From the NCBI GenBank assembly GCA_965217585.1, contig OZ244561.1:4768001-4832000 (forward strand): a stretch of 64,000 nucleotides of DNA, given 5' to 3'. Under the pieces are notes generated by a model that did not search any database, had not been told where the DNA came from, and worked only from the letters and a program-made list of their open reading frames with translations. Below, in pieces: positions 38,624 to 47,604 of this stretch. Within the stretch, counting starts at the first letter, position 1. Each line of letters starts with the position of its first letter. The translations under genes and the position numbers were made by a program. The DNA is from Candidatus Latescibacterota bacterium. GTDB taxonomy: Bacteria; Latescibacterota; UBA2968; UBA8231.

Positions 38624-39777
38624 GGGCGTCCTCCGAGCAGGTTCTTCTGCCAAAGCTCGCCCGATGTGAAGTTGTCGTCGAGCCATACTTGATAGTCGTC
38701 CGGGGACAGTTTGCGAAACTCAGTACGACCGTCCTGTAGATCTAACACGAAAATTTCGTCGAGACCGAACTCATCAACCAACAAGGGCGATTGCGTTGCC
38801 ACAATGACCTGCCTCTCCTCGGCGAGGGACTTTATCATACCCCCAATCAAGGCGATGGCTGCTGGATGCAGGCCCAGTTCTGGCTCGTCCAACAGGAGTA
38901 CGTCGGGCAACATCTCGGGTGGTAGATTGAGCAGTGTCACCAAGGCAAAGAACCGTAGAGAGCCGTCGGACGTGAGGTGCGCGCCAAAGGTCTTGTCCGT
39001 TCCCTTGGCCTTCCACCTTAGCAGCACTTTTCCGTAGCTCTCCTCGATCTGAAAACGGTCGAAGACTGGCAAGACTCGGCTGATATGCTGACAGATCAGC
39101 TCATATCGCTTGATATTTTCTCGCTCCAACCGGTGGAGAACGGCGGCTAAGTTGCCCCCGTGGCTAAGAAGGTAGTTGTTGTCCTCAGCATCCCATCTCT
39201 TTTTGAAGTTCGACTCGTCAGATGTATCGTGAAATTGGTATACCGAGCATCTCCGCAGCCTATTGACAATGCGCTCGGCGGTAAGCGGATTGGCTTCGAG
39301 CCAGTCGAGGGAGTAGTGAGCCGAAGGCGAGGGAGGTTGTGTGGCTTCGACGATCTTCGCTTCCAAATGACCACTTCCGAGATAATACCAGGATGTCGGG
39401 GGATAGAGATCGTTGGGATCGACGAATCGGAATGCCTCCTCCGCGAATATGAAATGGTCGGGCTGAGCACGGGAAAGCATGAACCGATAGTCGTTACGGC
39501 CTTCATCGGTTCGCAATCTAACCTCTGCCTCTATGCGTGGCGTGCGTCGGTTCCCGCCATGTAATTGGTCATCGGCCCCTCCTCGGCTAGCGACGAACTC
39601 TGCGAGTCTGCGAGACCCGAGCATCCAGCTCAGCATTTCGAAGAAGCGAACAAAATTGGACTTGCCCGAGCCGTTGGCACCAATTAGGACCGCCGCCTTG
39701 GGAATTCCCGCAAGCTCGACATCGGCTAACGATCGGAAGCCCTGGATGCGGACGTATTCAATCCTTGTTAGTCCCAT
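38620..39777 (-). CDS. AAA_21/AbiEii-type ABC ATPase
   Basis: Start moved to MGLTRIEYVRIQGFRS (AAGGA RBS); GANGSGKSN, SDGSLR, LLDEPELGLHP, ATQSP. Confidence 0.9.
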   Translation of the reverse strand: MGLTRIEYVRIQGFRSLADVELAGIPKAAVLIGANGSGKSNFVRFFEMLSWMLGSRRLAEFVASRGGADDQLHGGNRRTPRIEAEVRLRTDEGRNDYRFMLSRAQPDHFIFAEEAFRFVDPNDLYPPTSWYYLGSGHLEAKIVEATQPPSPSAHYSLDWLEANPLTAERIVNRLRRCSVYQFHDTSDESNFKKRWDAEDNNYLLSHGGNLAAVLHRLERENIKRYELICQHISRVLPVFDRFQIEESYGKVLLRWKAKGTDKTFGAHLTSDGSLRFFALVTLLNLPPEMLPDVLLLDEPELGLHPAAIALIGGMIKSLAEERQVIVATQSPLLVDEFGLDEIFVLDLQDGRTEFRKLSPDDYQVWLDDNFTSGELWQKNLLGGRP

Positions 39778-39789
39778 CTCGTTCCTTTC

Positions 39790-39925
39790 ACCTCGGCACC
39801 GCCAACAACATGGCGTCGAGTAGGCGTTTTTCGTTGCAGCCTTGAGGGTAGAGTGCCGATAGGGCGTTGGCAAGGCGAAGGAAGTCGGGGCCGCGATCTT
39901 GCTCGGCACCGATCAGCGTCCGCAG
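39790..39925 (-). repeat. 136-bp direct duplicate of the 3-prime end of the DUF1156 methyltransferase gene (copy of 40581-40716)
   Basis: Manual alignment: 7 mismatches in 136 bp, no gaps; encodes LRTLIGAEQDRGPDFLRLANALSALYPQGCNEKRLLDAMLLAVPR and is followed by TGA. Confidence 0.95.
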
Positions 39926-39928
39926 CCT

Positions 39929-40285
39929 CTAAGGTGACGGCGGATGGGAAATGCGGATACGACCGTCGCGGATCGTGACAACCGCCTGTATTTCCAGCGC
40001 TTGGCGATGTCGCTCGAGTACCTCGGCGATCAAGGCAATGCGTCGCTCCGCCGGCACGTCTGGGAGGCGCACCAAGCCTGCATGCGGGACCTTTTGCACG
40101 TAGACAAGCTCTCCGAAGTCGGTATCGATCGTCACCAAAATTCTGCCATCGGCGGCAGCGCGTTCCAGTAGCGCCCGATCTCCCGGGTCGGCTCCAAGCT
40201 CACGGGCCTCGACCACGTCATGCCCCTGGTCGCGCAGCCATGCTGCCAGACGGTGGCCGGCACACCGATCTACTAGGAATCTCAC
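39929..40285 (-). CDS. DUF5615 PIN-like toxin (VapC45-like)
   Basis: MRFLVD, LRDQGHDV, D..LL..A..DGRILVTIDTDFGEL. Confidence 0.9.
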   Translation of the reverse strand: MRFLVDRCAGHRLAAWLRDQGHDVVEARELGADPGDRALLERAAADGRILVTIDTDFGELVYVQKVPHAGLVRLPDVPAERRIALIAEVLERHRQALEIQAVVTIRDGRIRISHPPSP

Positions 40286-40533
40286 GAATCTGCAATCGAT
40301 ACGGCGGCCAGTGAATCTTTGGCGATAACTGCGTGCGCGTAGGCGGTACAGGCGCGAATGTCGTCCGGTTCTAGTTCGGGGTAATCCTCCAAAATGGCCT
40401 CCGTCGTTACGCCCTGCGTCATCAGACTCAGGATGAGTTCCACCGAAATTCGCATGTCGCGAATGATGGGCTTGCCACCAAAGACATCCGGGCGTGCGGT
40501 GATGCGCTTGAGCAATTGGGGATTAGTGGTCAT
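40282..40533 (-). CDS. DUF433 antitoxin (VapB45-like)
   Basis: RITARPDVFGGKPIIRDMRISV..IL...EDYPEL...DIRAC; GTGA overlap with the toxin. Confidence 0.92.
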   Translation of the reverse strand: MTTNPQLLKRITARPDVFGGKPIIRDMRISVELILSLMTQGVTTEAILEDYPELEPDDIRACTAYAHAVIAKDSLAAVSIADS

Positions 40534-40578
40534 GTCTCTCTCCGTGGTTATTACGTCCGACGTAAGTCTTCCGTCCGG

Positions 40579-43545
40579 CTACCTCGGCACCGCCAACAGC
40601 ATGGCGTCGAGTAGGCGTTTCTCGTTGCAGCCTTGAGGGTAGAGGGCGGATAGGGCGTTGGCAAGGCGGAGGAAGTCGGGGCCGCGATCTTGCTCGGCGT
40701 CGATCAGCGTCCGCAGTGCGTTGGCGTGACCGCTGGACTGGAGCAGCATGGCGGTGTGGACGCGGTCGAGGGTGGTGTCTCCAAGGGTCGCGGCGAGATG
40801 GTCGTCGGAGGCTTCGCCGTATCTCGGGCGTGGCTCCCGGACGAGAGTGGGTGCGCCGTCCTGCAAGTCGGGGAAGAGTGTCTGCTGCGAGCTGGTGTGC
40901 GGGTCGCTTTCGATGTAGTTGGCTGCGGCGGCAGCGCCGTCCTCGCCGAAGAGGTTCTTGGCGCGCTCGGACACTGGTAATAGGCGTACGACGCCCTTTT
41001 CTTGGCCGATGATGCGGTCGGTCCAGGTGTCGAGGTCAATGCCCATAGGCTGGGCGAAGCGGCGCACTACGTCGAAGGGGAGAGCAAATCCCGTGGCCGC
41101 TGCTTTGGCGACGGCTTCTTCGTCGGCCTCGTCTGTTTGTTCTTGATTCTCTGCAACAGGGGCTGTGCTCTGGAGCGTCCATAGGAAGAGCGCGGTTAGG
41201 CGGGCGTCCTCTTCCAGCGCGCCGGACAGGCCGTTGCGCGCTCGCGCTTCTGCGGTGCCGAGCACCTGTTGCAGCGCGGCGCGGCCGACTACCTCCCAGA
41301 CTTTCTCCAAATAATCGGGCAGGCCGATTATATCGCCCTCGGCGGTTTCGACGGCGCGGTAGCGGCTGAAGATTTCGAGCGCCGGGCCGATGCAGGCGAA
41401 GACCAGATCGGCACCTCGGATGCCCTCGCCCTGCAAGCGCTCGATCCAGTCAGCGACGCGGATCGGCAGTTCCCGCAGGACATCGGCCCAGTCGCCGATG
41501 GGGGCGTCTTCGGGACGTGGGCGGCAGATGAGGTGGATGCTGGTGGCGAGGGCGGCGGTGTCGCGTGCGTTGAGTCTGGACCCCATCTCGGTCGCAATCG
41601 GCCAGGAGCCGGTGATGGTCCAGCCGCCTTGGATCATGCCAGAGAGCAACGCCTCCCATCCCTCGGTGGTTTTGTGTGCGAAGACGACGGAGCCTACGCC
41701 ATCTTCTCTCAAAACCCGACGTCCCTCGGCGAAGGCTCGGGCCATAGCTCCTTCGTAGAATTCTTTATCCTTGGGTGCTCCATTAGCGTCTTTGACCTTC
41801 TCACACTGCACCGCTTCGCGGCTCTTGGGCGAAAGTACATTGTTCGCATCGAATGGGTCCCGTAGCAGCGGGTGGCTTGGTAGTGTGCGCTTGAGCCAGA
41901 CGAGGAAGAAGTCCGAGAGGTCAGCATAGGGTACAGCATCGTAGTAAGGAGGATCGGTGAACCAGACATCGGAGGCTTGATCGGGTAAAGGATGGTCAGT
42001 AGCATCAGCCGTTTGAACTTGACCGCCGCCACGGTTGACCGATGCATCAACCACGTCGGCAATCAGCACGAATCCACTTTTCCAGTTGCCTGGAGCCTCG
42101 GCTGTGATCACGACCTCTGCAAAGTCCCATACCATGGGGAGTGCCTGCCGGCCAAACGTATGCTGCATCTTTTCTGCCACGGCATTCCATCGAGTACACG
42201 ACATGTTGCTCATCGACACACGATTGAAAGCACAGGCCAATACCGATACCAATCCGGCTGTAGTTCCATTACGTACTGTGTCGAGCAACTCCACCAATGC
42301 CACCTTCTGCCGCGCCGTGAACAAGTCGCCGAAGGTCGTAATGCCGTATAAAGGGATCTGACTCCCAACAGCACGATGCGTGTCTTTTGTTGGAGCTGGT
42401 TCATCTGGCACCGGGCAAAGCCCCTGTTTACCTCCTCGCTCCCACTCGCCGAGTATATCCACCATCCGCTCCTGAGCCTTTCGCACCGCCTCGTAGTCCG
42501 CGTCTGTCGGCAGCCGATAGTGCCGCCCCGTCTGTCCAGACTTTATCGTCACCACCGCCGTCATCCGCGCCCCACCTGTCCGCCGCCCCTCCGCGTCAAA
42601 AATCACATCCGCGCCGCCCCGCTCAGCCGCAAGCTGCGCCCGCACTCGCTCCGGCGGTAGCACCGCGCCGCAGCACAGACAAGTCGCCCGCGCTCGCGTC
42701 ACCGTGCCGCCACGCACCTCTCTATCCGCCTTCGGCTCGAACACCTCAAACTCGACGCTCGGTGGCTCCCCTTCGGATCGCTCGACTCGATGCCGCAGCG
42801 CCCGCTTGCGCTTGGCCTTCTTGCACAGCCAAAATGAACGCATCAGCGGAATCTCCGCGCCGCAGTTGGGCGCTTCGCAGCGCACCGTCCGCGCCCACAA
42901 ATAGGCAATCGGCATCGCCCCGTCCGGGTCCTTGGGATACAGATCGGCCAACTCCTGCTCGGCCTGCCGCTTAATCTCGCCGCCGACCCGGCGCAGATCG
43001 TCGGCCAGCCCCGGCCCGTGCCGCGGAATGTCCTCCAGCATCACCTTGAGAATCAGGCAGGCCACCGGATTCAGATCGCTGGCGAACGCCTCGCAGCCCA
43101 GCCGCAATGCCTCCAGCGGAATCGAGCCACCGCCCGCAAACGGGTCCACCACAAGCGGCGGCTCCTCGCCATGCGCCGCCTTCACCAGCGCCCGACCCAC
43201 GTTGAGATGAGTGCGATCCGCAGCATTGTCCCAATTGGCGAAGTTGGCGATAAACGACAGCAACCCCTGTCGCAGTTCCGCGTCATTCGCCGGCGGTTGC
43301 CGCACCTCGCGCAGAATCTCCCGCGCTTGCTGCTTAAAGTCCTCCGGGCAGTGCGCGTCGCACGGGTCCGGCAGCAGCAACGCCAGCAACACTGCCCGCG
43401 ACGAAGCCAACGGCCGCCGCGCCCACCACAAGTGCAGCGTACTCGGATGCCCATGCCGAATCGACTTCTCCCGCGTCGCGTGCCGCGACACTTCGGCGAT
43501 GGGGAAATCCACTTCGGCCAGACGCTTGCATTCGCGGGGGATCAT
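40579..43545 (-). CDS. DUF1156-domain adenine-specific DNA methyltransferase
   Basis: LHLWWARRPL (DUF1156), DPFAGGGSIP (motif I), TDPPYY (motif IV), Zn ribbon CEAPNC / CLCC. Confidence 0.92.
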   Translation of the reverse strand: MIPRECKRLAEVDFPIAEVSRHATREKSIRHGHPSTLHLWWARRPLASSRAVLLALLLPDPCDAHCPEDFKQQAREILREVRQPPANDAELRQGLLSFIANFANWDNAADRTHLNVGRALVKAAHGEEPPLVVDPFAGGGSIPLEALRLGCEAFASDLNPVACLILKVMLEDIPRHGPGLADDLRRVGGEIKRQAEQELADLYPKDPDGAMPIAYLWARTVRCEAPNCGAEIPLMRSFWLCKKAKRKRALRHRVERSEGEPPSVEFEVFEPKADREVRGGTVTRARATCLCCGAVLPPERVRAQLAAERGGADVIFDAEGRRTGGARMTAVVTIKSGQTGRHYRLPTDADYEAVRKAQERMVDILGEWERGGKQGLCPVPDEPAPTKDTHRAVGSQIPLYGITTFGDLFTARQKVALVELLDTVRNGTTAGLVSVLACAFNRVSMSNMSCTRWNAVAEKMQHTFGRQALPMVWDFAEVVITAEAPGNWKSGFVLIADVVDASVNRGGGQVQTADATDHPLPDQASDVWFTDPPYYDAVPYADLSDFFLVWLKRTLPSHPLLRDPFDANNVLSPKSREAVQCEKVKDANGAPKDKEFYEGAMARAFAEGRRVLREDGVGSVVFAHKTTEGWEALLSGMIQGGWTITGSWPIATEMGSRLNARDTAALATSIHLICRPRPEDAPIGDWADVLRELPIRVADWIERLQGEGIRGADLVFACIGPALEIFSRYRAVETAEGDIIGLPDYLEKVWEVVGRAALQQVLGTAEARARNGLSGALEEDARLTALFLWTLQSTAPVAENQEQTDEADEEAVAKAAATGFALPFDVVRRFAQPMGIDLDTWTDRIIGQEKGVVRLLPVSERAKNLFGEDGAAAAANYIESDPHTSSQQTLFPDLQDGAPTLVREPRPRYGEASDDHLAATLGDTTLDRVHTAMLLQSSGHANALRTLIDAEQDRGPDFLRLANALSALYPQGCNEKRLLDAMLLAVPR
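43520..43544 (-). repeat. Methyltransferase start sequence, copy 1 (functional)
   Basis: AGACGCTTGCATTCGCGGGGGATCA on +; ATGA overlap with the OLD nuclease stop. Confidence 0.95.
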
Positions 43546-45518
43546 ACCGAGGCTTTCGTCTGAGTCTTGAGGGCTATGATGCTGGCGACGATCTTCTTGA
43601 GTGACTTGCTGGTCTTGCCATTGGAATCGGCATTTTCGATGATGTGTTGAATCACTGCGGCGTTCTTAAGCGCCTGGTCCCTTTTTGCTATCTCCAATTC
43701 CTTCTGCGCCTCCGAGAGCAACTGAGCAAAAAGGTCCTTTCCCACTTCGTCTTCCAGCGTTTTTTCCAACTTGACCTTGAAGCAAGCGCATGAGTCCCCA
43801 ACAAAGTCGGGCCAGTCCTCCTCCGGTTGGCGAAGAAGGCGCAGAAGGTACTTGTTACTTTCCGGCTTAGCGTTGTTTCCGTTGTGATCACCATCCCATA
43901 CACCATACACAGGAACTCCAAGTTGGCGAAAAATGACTAAAGGCCGATCCAGGTTGGCCTTTCCAAAGCAGGGGATGACGGTGACTCCTTGGCTGTCGAA
44001 ATCATGATTCATTGATTTTGCGACCCCAAGAATTGCCGCACGGTCGTCTTCGCCTTCAACCAACACCACTATATCTGCAAAGAATCCTTCGCTCATCCAG
44101 GGAGTCATTATCGTTTGAAGGCGGGGACGTAGTGTTTCGGCCGTATATCTTGTCCCTTGAGAGTTGTTTGCGGTCCATAGCTCATCGGCTACTACATCCA
44201 TATCCGCCTTCTTTAGTCGGGTGACCTTCGGTTTTCCATTCTCGTGAGTGCTTTTTCGTAAGACCCGGATATGTTCGAAGCGATCCAAGCCGACGAGCAG
44301 TGGGGAGTGGGTGGTATAAACGACCTGGGTGTTCTCGGCTACACCCGGAATCGTGCCAGTGGCAAGTTTCAATAGGACTGACGCCAGATGGCGTTGGCGA
44401 CTGGGATGCTGATACAACTCTGGTTCCTCAATCGCTAGGACAAGGCTAGGTAAATGAGGGTCGCCGGATTCCTGACTCGCATCTTCCTCCGAGATTCCGT
44501 CTTCTGGTATCATCTCTGCCCCTCGTGCCGCGATAAGGTGCTGTAACATCGTGACTATGAACGCTCGTTGGAGGCCGTGCCCCGTTCTCTCCACTCTCGA
44601 TTCATAACCATCTTCCAGAAGCTTGACTTGTGCCTGAGGCATAGGGATCGAAATATCCGCGAACTCGGACCATCTCAGAAGAACGCTGGCATCCGGCACA
44701 TAGGATTGAAGGGTGTTAGATAAACCACGCTCTAGGTCGTTCAACTCCGTGAGCTGTTTGGGGTCCATGATTTCCTTGAACTGATCTTGTGTGTGCTGTT
44801 TGAAATCCGCAAGGTCTTTCCGGTCTGTCAGTGCATTTCGCACTACGAGGTCCATTATTTCTGTGATGGGTGAACCCTTGTTCTCAGTAGCGTCTTCCTG
44901 TGCATCCCTCACTGCTGGTATGTGTATGAATCTGGTGTACCGCCCTAGATAGCCTTGGGCTACCTGTGTGAATCCAAAGAATTGTCCATCGTCCCGTAGG
45001 GGTGAACACTGTGTAGGGTTCTGGCTTTCCCACGTGGCCAATGCTCCGAGCACCTCATCTGCCGAACGGGCAGAGGGCAACGATGAGTACTCTTGTGTCT
45101 CTCTGATCTCGTTGTACTTGCTTCTGATACCTGTTTTGCTATCAGCGTTTCTGACGCAGACAAAGTCAGGATTTTGTAGGCGCATCCCGTAATAGGTGCC
45201 TGGCTTCCTCCCCTGTGTTTCAGAGAAGACCCGAACGACTGTCAGGACATCGTTGTCGATATAGGCCGAGAAAAAGTCTTTCGCGTCTGCGCTAAGATCG
45301 GTAAACGTAACCGCGATTTCTATATCCTGGGTTGTATCCTCAGAGTAAAAGTCCTCTACCGTAGTTTTGGCCAACGGGTTGTAGAAAAGCTCGAGTGCGC
45401 TCAGAAACGAGGACTTTCCTGAGCCGTTCCGTCCCACCAATGCAGTAAGGGAATCACAGGTGAGTGATTCGTCCAAAATAGATCGAAAATTCTTCACATG
45501 GACTTTTTGAATGAGCAT
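43542..45518 (-). CDS. OLD-family ATP-dependent endonuclease (ABC ATPase + TOPRIM)
   Basis: GRNGSGKSS, GHGLQR, IEEPELYQHP, TTHSP, LVEGEDD, WDGD. Confidence 0.9.
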   Translation of the reverse strand: MLIQKVHVKNFRSILDESLTCDSLTALVGRNGSGKSSFLSALELFYNPLAKTTVEDFYSEDTTQDIEIAVTFTDLSADAKDFFSAYIDNDVLTVVRVFSETQGRKPGTYYGMRLQNPDFVCVRNADSKTGIRSKYNEIRETQEYSSLPSARSADEVLGALATWESQNPTQCSPLRDDGQFFGFTQVAQGYLGRYTRFIHIPAVRDAQEDATENKGSPITEIMDLVVRNALTDRKDLADFKQHTQDQFKEIMDPKQLTELNDLERGLSNTLQSYVPDASVLLRWSEFADISIPMPQAQVKLLEDGYESRVERTGHGLQRAFIVTMLQHLIAARGAEMIPEDGISEEDASQESGDPHLPSLVLAIEEPELYQHPSRQRHLASVLLKLATGTIPGVAENTQVVYTTHSPLLVGLDRFEHIRVLRKSTHENGKPKVTRLKKADMDVVADELWTANNSQGTRYTAETLRPRLQTIMTPWMSEGFFADIVVLVEGEDDRAAILGVAKSMNHDFDSQGVTVIPCFGKANLDRPLVIFRQLGVPVYGVWDGDHNGNNAKPESNKYLLRLLRQPEEDWPDFVGDSCACFKVKLEKTLEDEVGKDLFAQLLSEAQKELEIAKRDQALKNAAVIQHIIENADSNGKTSKSLKKIVASIIALKTQTKASV

Positions 45519-45525
45519 TGTGTCG

Positions 45526-45738
45526 TTACCTCACCCGTATGAACGAATACCGGTCCTTGATGTTTTGGTGGAAGTAGGAACCCTTTGAGGCGGCTCGTAT
45601 TAGGCCCCGATAGATCACCTCCGGCACACCAGAGTACCGGTAGACTCCCCCACTATGAAACTCCAACTCCAGCATTTGGGCTTCTACCTCATACCCGACC
45701 GAACGGATGTTGCTGGAACTAACCGGCTGCCTGTCCAT
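45526..45738 (-). CDS. KTSC domain protein (70 aa)
   Basis: MDRQPVSSSNIRSVGYE...LELEFHSGGVYRYSGVP...A.SKGSYF..NIK; own AAGGAG RBS. Confidence 0.9.
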   Translation of the reverse strand: MDRQPVSSSNIRSVGYEVEAQMLELEFHSGGVYRYSGVPEVIYRGLIRAASKGSYFHQNIKDRYSFIRVR

Positions 45739-45756
45739 TGAATTCTCCTTTCTATG

Positions 45757-45891
45757 CGGCGGCTCCTCGCCGTGTGCCGCTTTCACTAGGTTGCGTACGA
45801 CCCGCTGTGGCCGCAGCGTACTCGAATGCCCGTGCCTAATTGACTTCTCCCACGCCGCGTGCTTGGAAACTTCGGCAATGGGAAAGTCCAC
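45757..45891 (-). pseudogene. Internally deleted relic of a DUF1156 methyltransferase N-terminus
   Basis: VDFPIAEVSKHAAWEKSIRHGHSSTL and LVKAAHGEEPP match the full gene (VDFPIAEVSRHATREKSIRHGHPSTL ... LVKAAHGEEPP) with most of the ~80 intervening residues missing. Confidence 0.85.
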
Positions 45892-45932
45892 GCATGGTGT
45901 TCTCTTTTCCTTGGTTACTCTGTTGGTCCTTT

Positions 45933-47156
45933 TTACTTTTTGCCTTTCCCGGCTTTGCCTCGCGGCCTTTTCGCCCGGGTTTTTGTCTCTTGTTTCGGTT
46001 TCCCTACCGTCAGTTCGCCACGCAAGGTCGGAGCCCCTGCCCTTATCTCGGCACGCAAGTTTACCACCTCCCGCGTGCGGTCGATTTCCGCCGCCAAGAT
46101 CGCCTCGTCCGGCAAAGCAGTTTTGTATTCGGCAGCCATCACCTTGTTCGGCAATCCATCGAGCGCGTACCGGGCAACGGCCTCATCCTTCTGGGCACAC
46201 AGAATTAGCCCGACCGGCGGGTTCTCATCCTCGTGCATCCAGTGTTCACGGGCGTAGTTGAGATAGAGGTGCATCTGCCCGGCGTCGGCGTGGGTGAATT
46301 TGCCTACCTTTAGATCGATGACCACCAAGCAGCGCAGACGCCGGTGGAAGAATAGCAGATCTACCCGGTACCACTCATCGCCGACGCGAAGCCGCCTCTG
46401 CCGACCCATGAAGCAGAAATCCCCACCTAGCTCTAGGAGGAATGTCTCCAAGCGGTCAATCAGCGATTCTTCAAGGTCGCTTTCGGAGTACTCGTCCTTG
46501 AGATCGAGGAATTCGAGGACGAATGGGTCCTTGATTCCCTCTTCGGGCAGGACGCGATCCTCGGGCCGCGCCTTCCGCCCCCGGGTGAGCATGACGGCCT
46601 TGTTCTTTGAAAGAGCAGTGCGTTCATAGAACTGGGAATTAATTTGCCGGTCGAGTTGGCGAACCGACCAACCTCCGCGCAGCGCCTCGGTTTCGTAGAA
46701 TTCACGGGCGTGCGTGTTATTGACCGATAGTAGCCGCACATAGGCGGACCAAGGAAGCGGAAAGTGCGAGGCGACGCTGGCCAGCGAAGATTCTCCAGAC
46801 GCTGTCTGGAGATTTCCGCTGGATTCTGATTCTGCAGACGCTGTCTGCGGAATCGGCCATGCGAGGTAGAACGCCTTCATGTTCCAGACATTGCGGATCG
46901 AGAATCCACGGCCGTAATGGGCGGAGAGGTCAGTGGCAAGCCGTTCGACAATCTCCTCTCCATAGTCCGCTCGCTGTTCGCCTGACTGCTCAAACTCCAC
47001 GATGTGCCGTCCGATCATCCAATACGCGGCGGTCATAACGGCATTCACTGACCGAGCGGCCGACTGCCTAGCGGCGTCAACAATCCTCGACACATCGCCA
47101 AAGATGGCTTGGTACTGAGCATCCGGCTTGTCGTCTGTGAGTACCGGCTTTTTCAT
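45933..47156 (-). CDS. yhcG: DUF1016 / YhcG PD-(D/E)XK nuclease
   Basis: YWMIGRHIVEFEQ, GRGFS, WSVRQLDRQI, IKDPFVLEFL, FLLELG, DLLFFHRRLRC, DLK, GQMHLYLNY, PVGLILC. Confidence 0.92.
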   Translation of the reverse strand: MKKPVLTDDKPDAQYQAIFGDVSRIVDAARQSAARSVNAVMTAAYWMIGRHIVEFEQSGEQRADYGEEIVERLATDLSAHYGRGFSIRNVWNMKAFYLAWPIPQTASAESESSGNLQTASGESSLASVASHFPLPWSAYVRLLSVNNTHAREFYETEALRGGWSVRQLDRQINSQFYERTALSKNKAVMLTRGRKARPEDRVLPEEGIKDPFVLEFLDLKDEYSESDLEESLIDRLETFLLELGGDFCFMGRQRRLRVGDEWYRVDLLFFHRRLRCLVVIDLKVGKFTHADAGQMHLYLNYAREHWMHEDENPPVGLILCAQKDEAVARYALDGLPNKVMAAEYKTALPDEAILAAEIDRTREVVNLRAEIRAGAPTLRGELTVGKPKQETKTRAKRPRGKAGKGKK

Positions 47157-47189
47157 GATCTGCTCTGCTCCCCGTAGAGGGTTTTAGCG

Positions 47190-47214
47190 AGACGCTTGCA
47201 TTCGCGGGGGATCA
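47190..47214 (-). repeat. Methyltransferase start sequence, copy 2
   Basis: 25/25 identical to 43520-43544; GTGA overlap with the HEPN stop. Confidence 0.95.
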
Positions 47215-47604
47215 CAGTATGCGTTCCTCGGCCCAGCGGATGACGACTTCGGCGATGGCTAGCGCTTCCCGATACTCCTGTTCGGTGACTGTCTGGTTCA
47301 TAGGGTAGCGAGTAACTGTGGCGAATCGAGTGAGCTTTCTGGCCTGTCCGACGGCGTCTGGGATCGCTTCGCCTGCTTCCTTGAGCAGGGAAAGTAATCG
47401 GGCCAAATCATGTACGTAGGGGAAGTCGATGTCGCGCTTAATCATCAACGCCTTGATGGCTTTCTCGGCTGCTTGCTGGGCCTCAAAGCACAGGTCTTCT
47501 AGGTAGGCTTGTGGTACGCGGTTTTTCGCCATCGCCAGACTGCTTCTGGCGCGATTCATCCATTCGCGAGGATCGTCGGCGGGAAAACGCTCAGGTTCCT
47601 TCAT
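47212..47604 (-). CDS. HEPN domain protein
   Basis: Start MKEPERF; CFEAQQAAEKAIKA, HDLARL, TRYP. Confidence 0.9.
   Translation of the reverse strand: MKEPERFPADDPREWMNRARSSLAMAKNRVPQAYLEDLCFEAQQAAEKAIKALMIKRDIDFPYVHDLARLLSLLKEAGEAIPDAVGQARKLTRFATVTRYPMNQTVTEQEYREALAIAEVVIRWAEERIL

Noticed and set aside
39778-39909. N-terminal extension of the 429-aa AAA ORF
   Set aside because: It is an off-frame reading of the duplicated methyltransferase end; the RBS and family motif support the start at 39777.
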